Assembly (NCBI GenBank): GCA_038207985.1
Contig: JBBQZE010000001.1
Span: 1-48,616, forward strand
Direction: 5' to 3'
Source of the DNA: Solirubrobacterales bacterium
Lineage (GTDB): Bacteria > Actinomycetota > Thermoleophilia > Solirubrobacterales > Solirubrobacteraceae
Length of the DNA stretch: 48,616 bases
Below, one piece after another: positions 46,986 through 48,616 of this stretch. A program made the translations under genes and the position numbers. Below the pieces are notes generated by a model. It ran no database searches and was not told the origin of the DNA. It worked only from the letters and a program-made list of their open reading frames with translations. How positions within the stretch are numbered: the stretch's first letter is position 1; every line of letters starts with the position of its first letter.

Positions 46986-48370
46986 GGGCCGATCGGCACC
47001 TGGGTGGCGTCGCAGTTGTAGTCCGGCGACGGCTTGTACGGGTTGGACCCGTCGGCCGCCCGCCGCTCGTTGGAGCCGGGGCAGCGGTTGTTGCGCCCCG
47101 TCTGCACCGAGCCGGCCCCGAGCAGGGGCCGCAGCGCCGCCGGGACGGGCAGCAGGCTGCTCAGGGCGGGCCCGGCCGAGAACGCGCTCAGCCCGAGGCC
47201 GGAGCGCGAGAAGCTGCCGAGCGCGTCATAGGCGCCCGAGGCGCTGAAGTCGTCGAACCAGCCGGCGACGTCGACGCTGTAGGGGCGGAAGTAGCCGAAC
47301 TGCGGGGCGCTGGCCTGGCTGGCGGCCTGCAGGGCCTTGAAGGCGCCGGGGCGCTCCTTGCCGTTGCGGACCGCGGACTGATTGGCGATCTGGTCGAGCG
47401 CGGGCTGGGTCTGCAGCAGCTCGATGAGGTCGTTCGCCGGCCCGGGCTGCCGGATCGTCGTCGACAGGTCGCGCACCGTCGGCGCAGCATCGGCTGCGAA
47501 GGGCCGCAGCTGCGCGAACAGCGGCCGCAGCTTCGTGCGCACGACGGGCTTGGCCGCCGCGACGAGCGGGTCGAGGTCGTCGAGGGAGGCGCGGAGGTTC
47601 ACGAACGTCGTGTTCGTGCGCCGCAGGAACGTCGGGAGGACGTCCAGCGCGCTGCTCAGGCTCGCGCGCTGGTTGGCCAGCGCGCGCATCGTCGTGCCGA
47701 GGTTCGTGACGAGGCCGGCGAGGTTGTCGTCGCGCGCGCTCAGGTCGGTGGTCAGCCCGGCGGTGGCCGTGATGAAGCGCTCGAGGTCCGGCGTGTTGCG
47801 GTTGAGCTCGGCGAACAGCCGGCTCGACGAGGAGAGCGCGGGGCTCAGATAGCGATAGGCGGCCTGGGCGCGCTGCTCCTTGCCGTCGGTCGTGTCGCGC
47901 AGGAACTCGAAGGTCTTGCGCACGTTGGTGCGCGTCGGGGCGTCGAACGCGTTGAGGAGGGCGTCCAGCGGGACGTCGGAGTCCGTGTTGATCGCGTTGA
48001 TCGTGCCGCCCGAGTCGATCTTCGACGCGGTCGCGCTGCCGAGCTGCAGCTGGACGACGTCGTTGGCGACGCTCGACAGCGAGCGCTTGCGGACGACGGC
48101 GCGGGTACCCTGCCGCAGCGGCGCGTAGTCGTCGTTGACCGTGAGGACGGCGACGGCCTGGCCGTCATCGGAGAGCTTGATGTCCTTGATCTTGCCGACG
48201 GGCTCGCCCGCGACCGTCACGAGGTTCCCCTTGACCAGGTTGCCGGCGTTCAGGAAGTGTGCGTCCACCTGGTACGAGCCGCCACCCGTGAGCAGCACGA
48301 CGGCGAGCACAGCCGCGGCGGCGAGGACCACGAGCACCACGACCCCCCTGACCACCACCTCCCTGCTCAT
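46982..48370 (-). CDS. MCE/MlaD family protein (1st of operon)
   Basis: AAGGGG RBS-like sequence; TM; FLNAGNLVKGNLVTVAGEPVGKI motif. Confidence 0.92.
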   Translation of the reverse strand: MSREVVVRGVVVLVVLAAAAVLAVVLLTGGGSYQVDAHFLNAGNLVKGNLVTVAGEPVGKIKDIKLSDDGQAVAVLTVNDDYAPLRQGTRAVVRKRSLSSVANDVVQLQLGSATASKIDSGGTINAINTDSDVPLDALLNAFDAPTRTNVRKTFEFLRDTTDGKEQRAQAAYRYLSPALSSSSRLFAELNRNTPDLERFITATAGLTTDLSARDDNLAGLVTNLGTTMRALANQRASLSSALDVLPTFLRRTNTTFVNLRASLDDLDPLVAAAKPVVRTKLRPLFAQLRPFAADAAPTVRDLSTTIRQPGPANDLIELLQTQPALDQIANQSAVRNGKERPGAFKALQAASQASAPQFGYFRPYSVDVAGWFDDFSASGAYDALGSFSRSGLGLSAFSAGPALSSLLPVPAALRPLLGAGSVQTGRNNRCPGSNERRAADGSNPYKPSPDYNCDATQVPIGP

Positions 48371-48424
48371 CCGCTGCCCCTTCCGGCAATGCCGGTTTGT
48401 GGACCGACCCCTTCCGAGCGCGCC

Positions 48425-48497
48425 AGCCTAACGGTCCGGGCGGCTGCGCGTGGCACTTGGTGCAAAGTGCCCACCCACATTGAGAACGCGGTTCTCA
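48425..48497 (-). promoter_or_regulatory. Probable MCE operon promoter: TAGGCT -10 (48425-48430, minus) plus two palindromes, GGCACTT-N6-AAGTGCC (48452-48471) and TGAGAAC-GCG-GTTCTCA (48481-48497)
   Basis: Read directly from the non-coding region upstream of the first MCE gene. Confidence 0.55.
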
Positions 48498-48616
48498 CCG
48501 TGGGGCGCCGAGCGACGCGCGGACGAGACCCCGGAGCGCGGTGGTCACCCAGATCCCGTCGGCTGCGCGCGCCCGCGTGAGGTCGACGGCGCCCTCCGCG
48601 CGATCCCCGTCGCTCG

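Overview
Very GC-rich actinobacterial chromosomal segment. Gene content and leaderless TAGGYT-type promoters suggest Thermoleophilia/Solirubrobacterales, which is an inference. Left to right: (1) the 3' part of an FAD-dependent dehydrogenase; (2) an ~18 kb catabolic cluster (1345-19413) combining amine uptake, gamma-glutamylation/deglutamylation, transamination, PLP decarboxylation, P450/LLM/HpaBC-type oxygenation and extradiol ring cleavage, with a local GntR and one conserved operator-like motif at four promoters; (3) tRNA-Val(CAC), a membrane coiled-coil protein and an orphan ParB-family gene; (4) fadA-fadB; (5) two paralogous STAND (NB-ARC-like) ATPase-HTH regulators interleaved with four small envelope-type genes, three promoters of which share a TGAGACC-N4-CGACACTG box exactly 39 bp before a -10-like hexamer (best candidate for an undescribed system); (6) a PfkB kinase, a Ca2+/H+ antiporter, recQ, a Crp-family regulator and a GT2-GtrA/GT39 glycosylation pair; (7) an operon of six MCE/MlaD genes with no adjacent permease or ATPase. 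No integrase, transposase, CRISPR array or rRNA was seen. All product calls come from motifs read by eye; no database searches were run.
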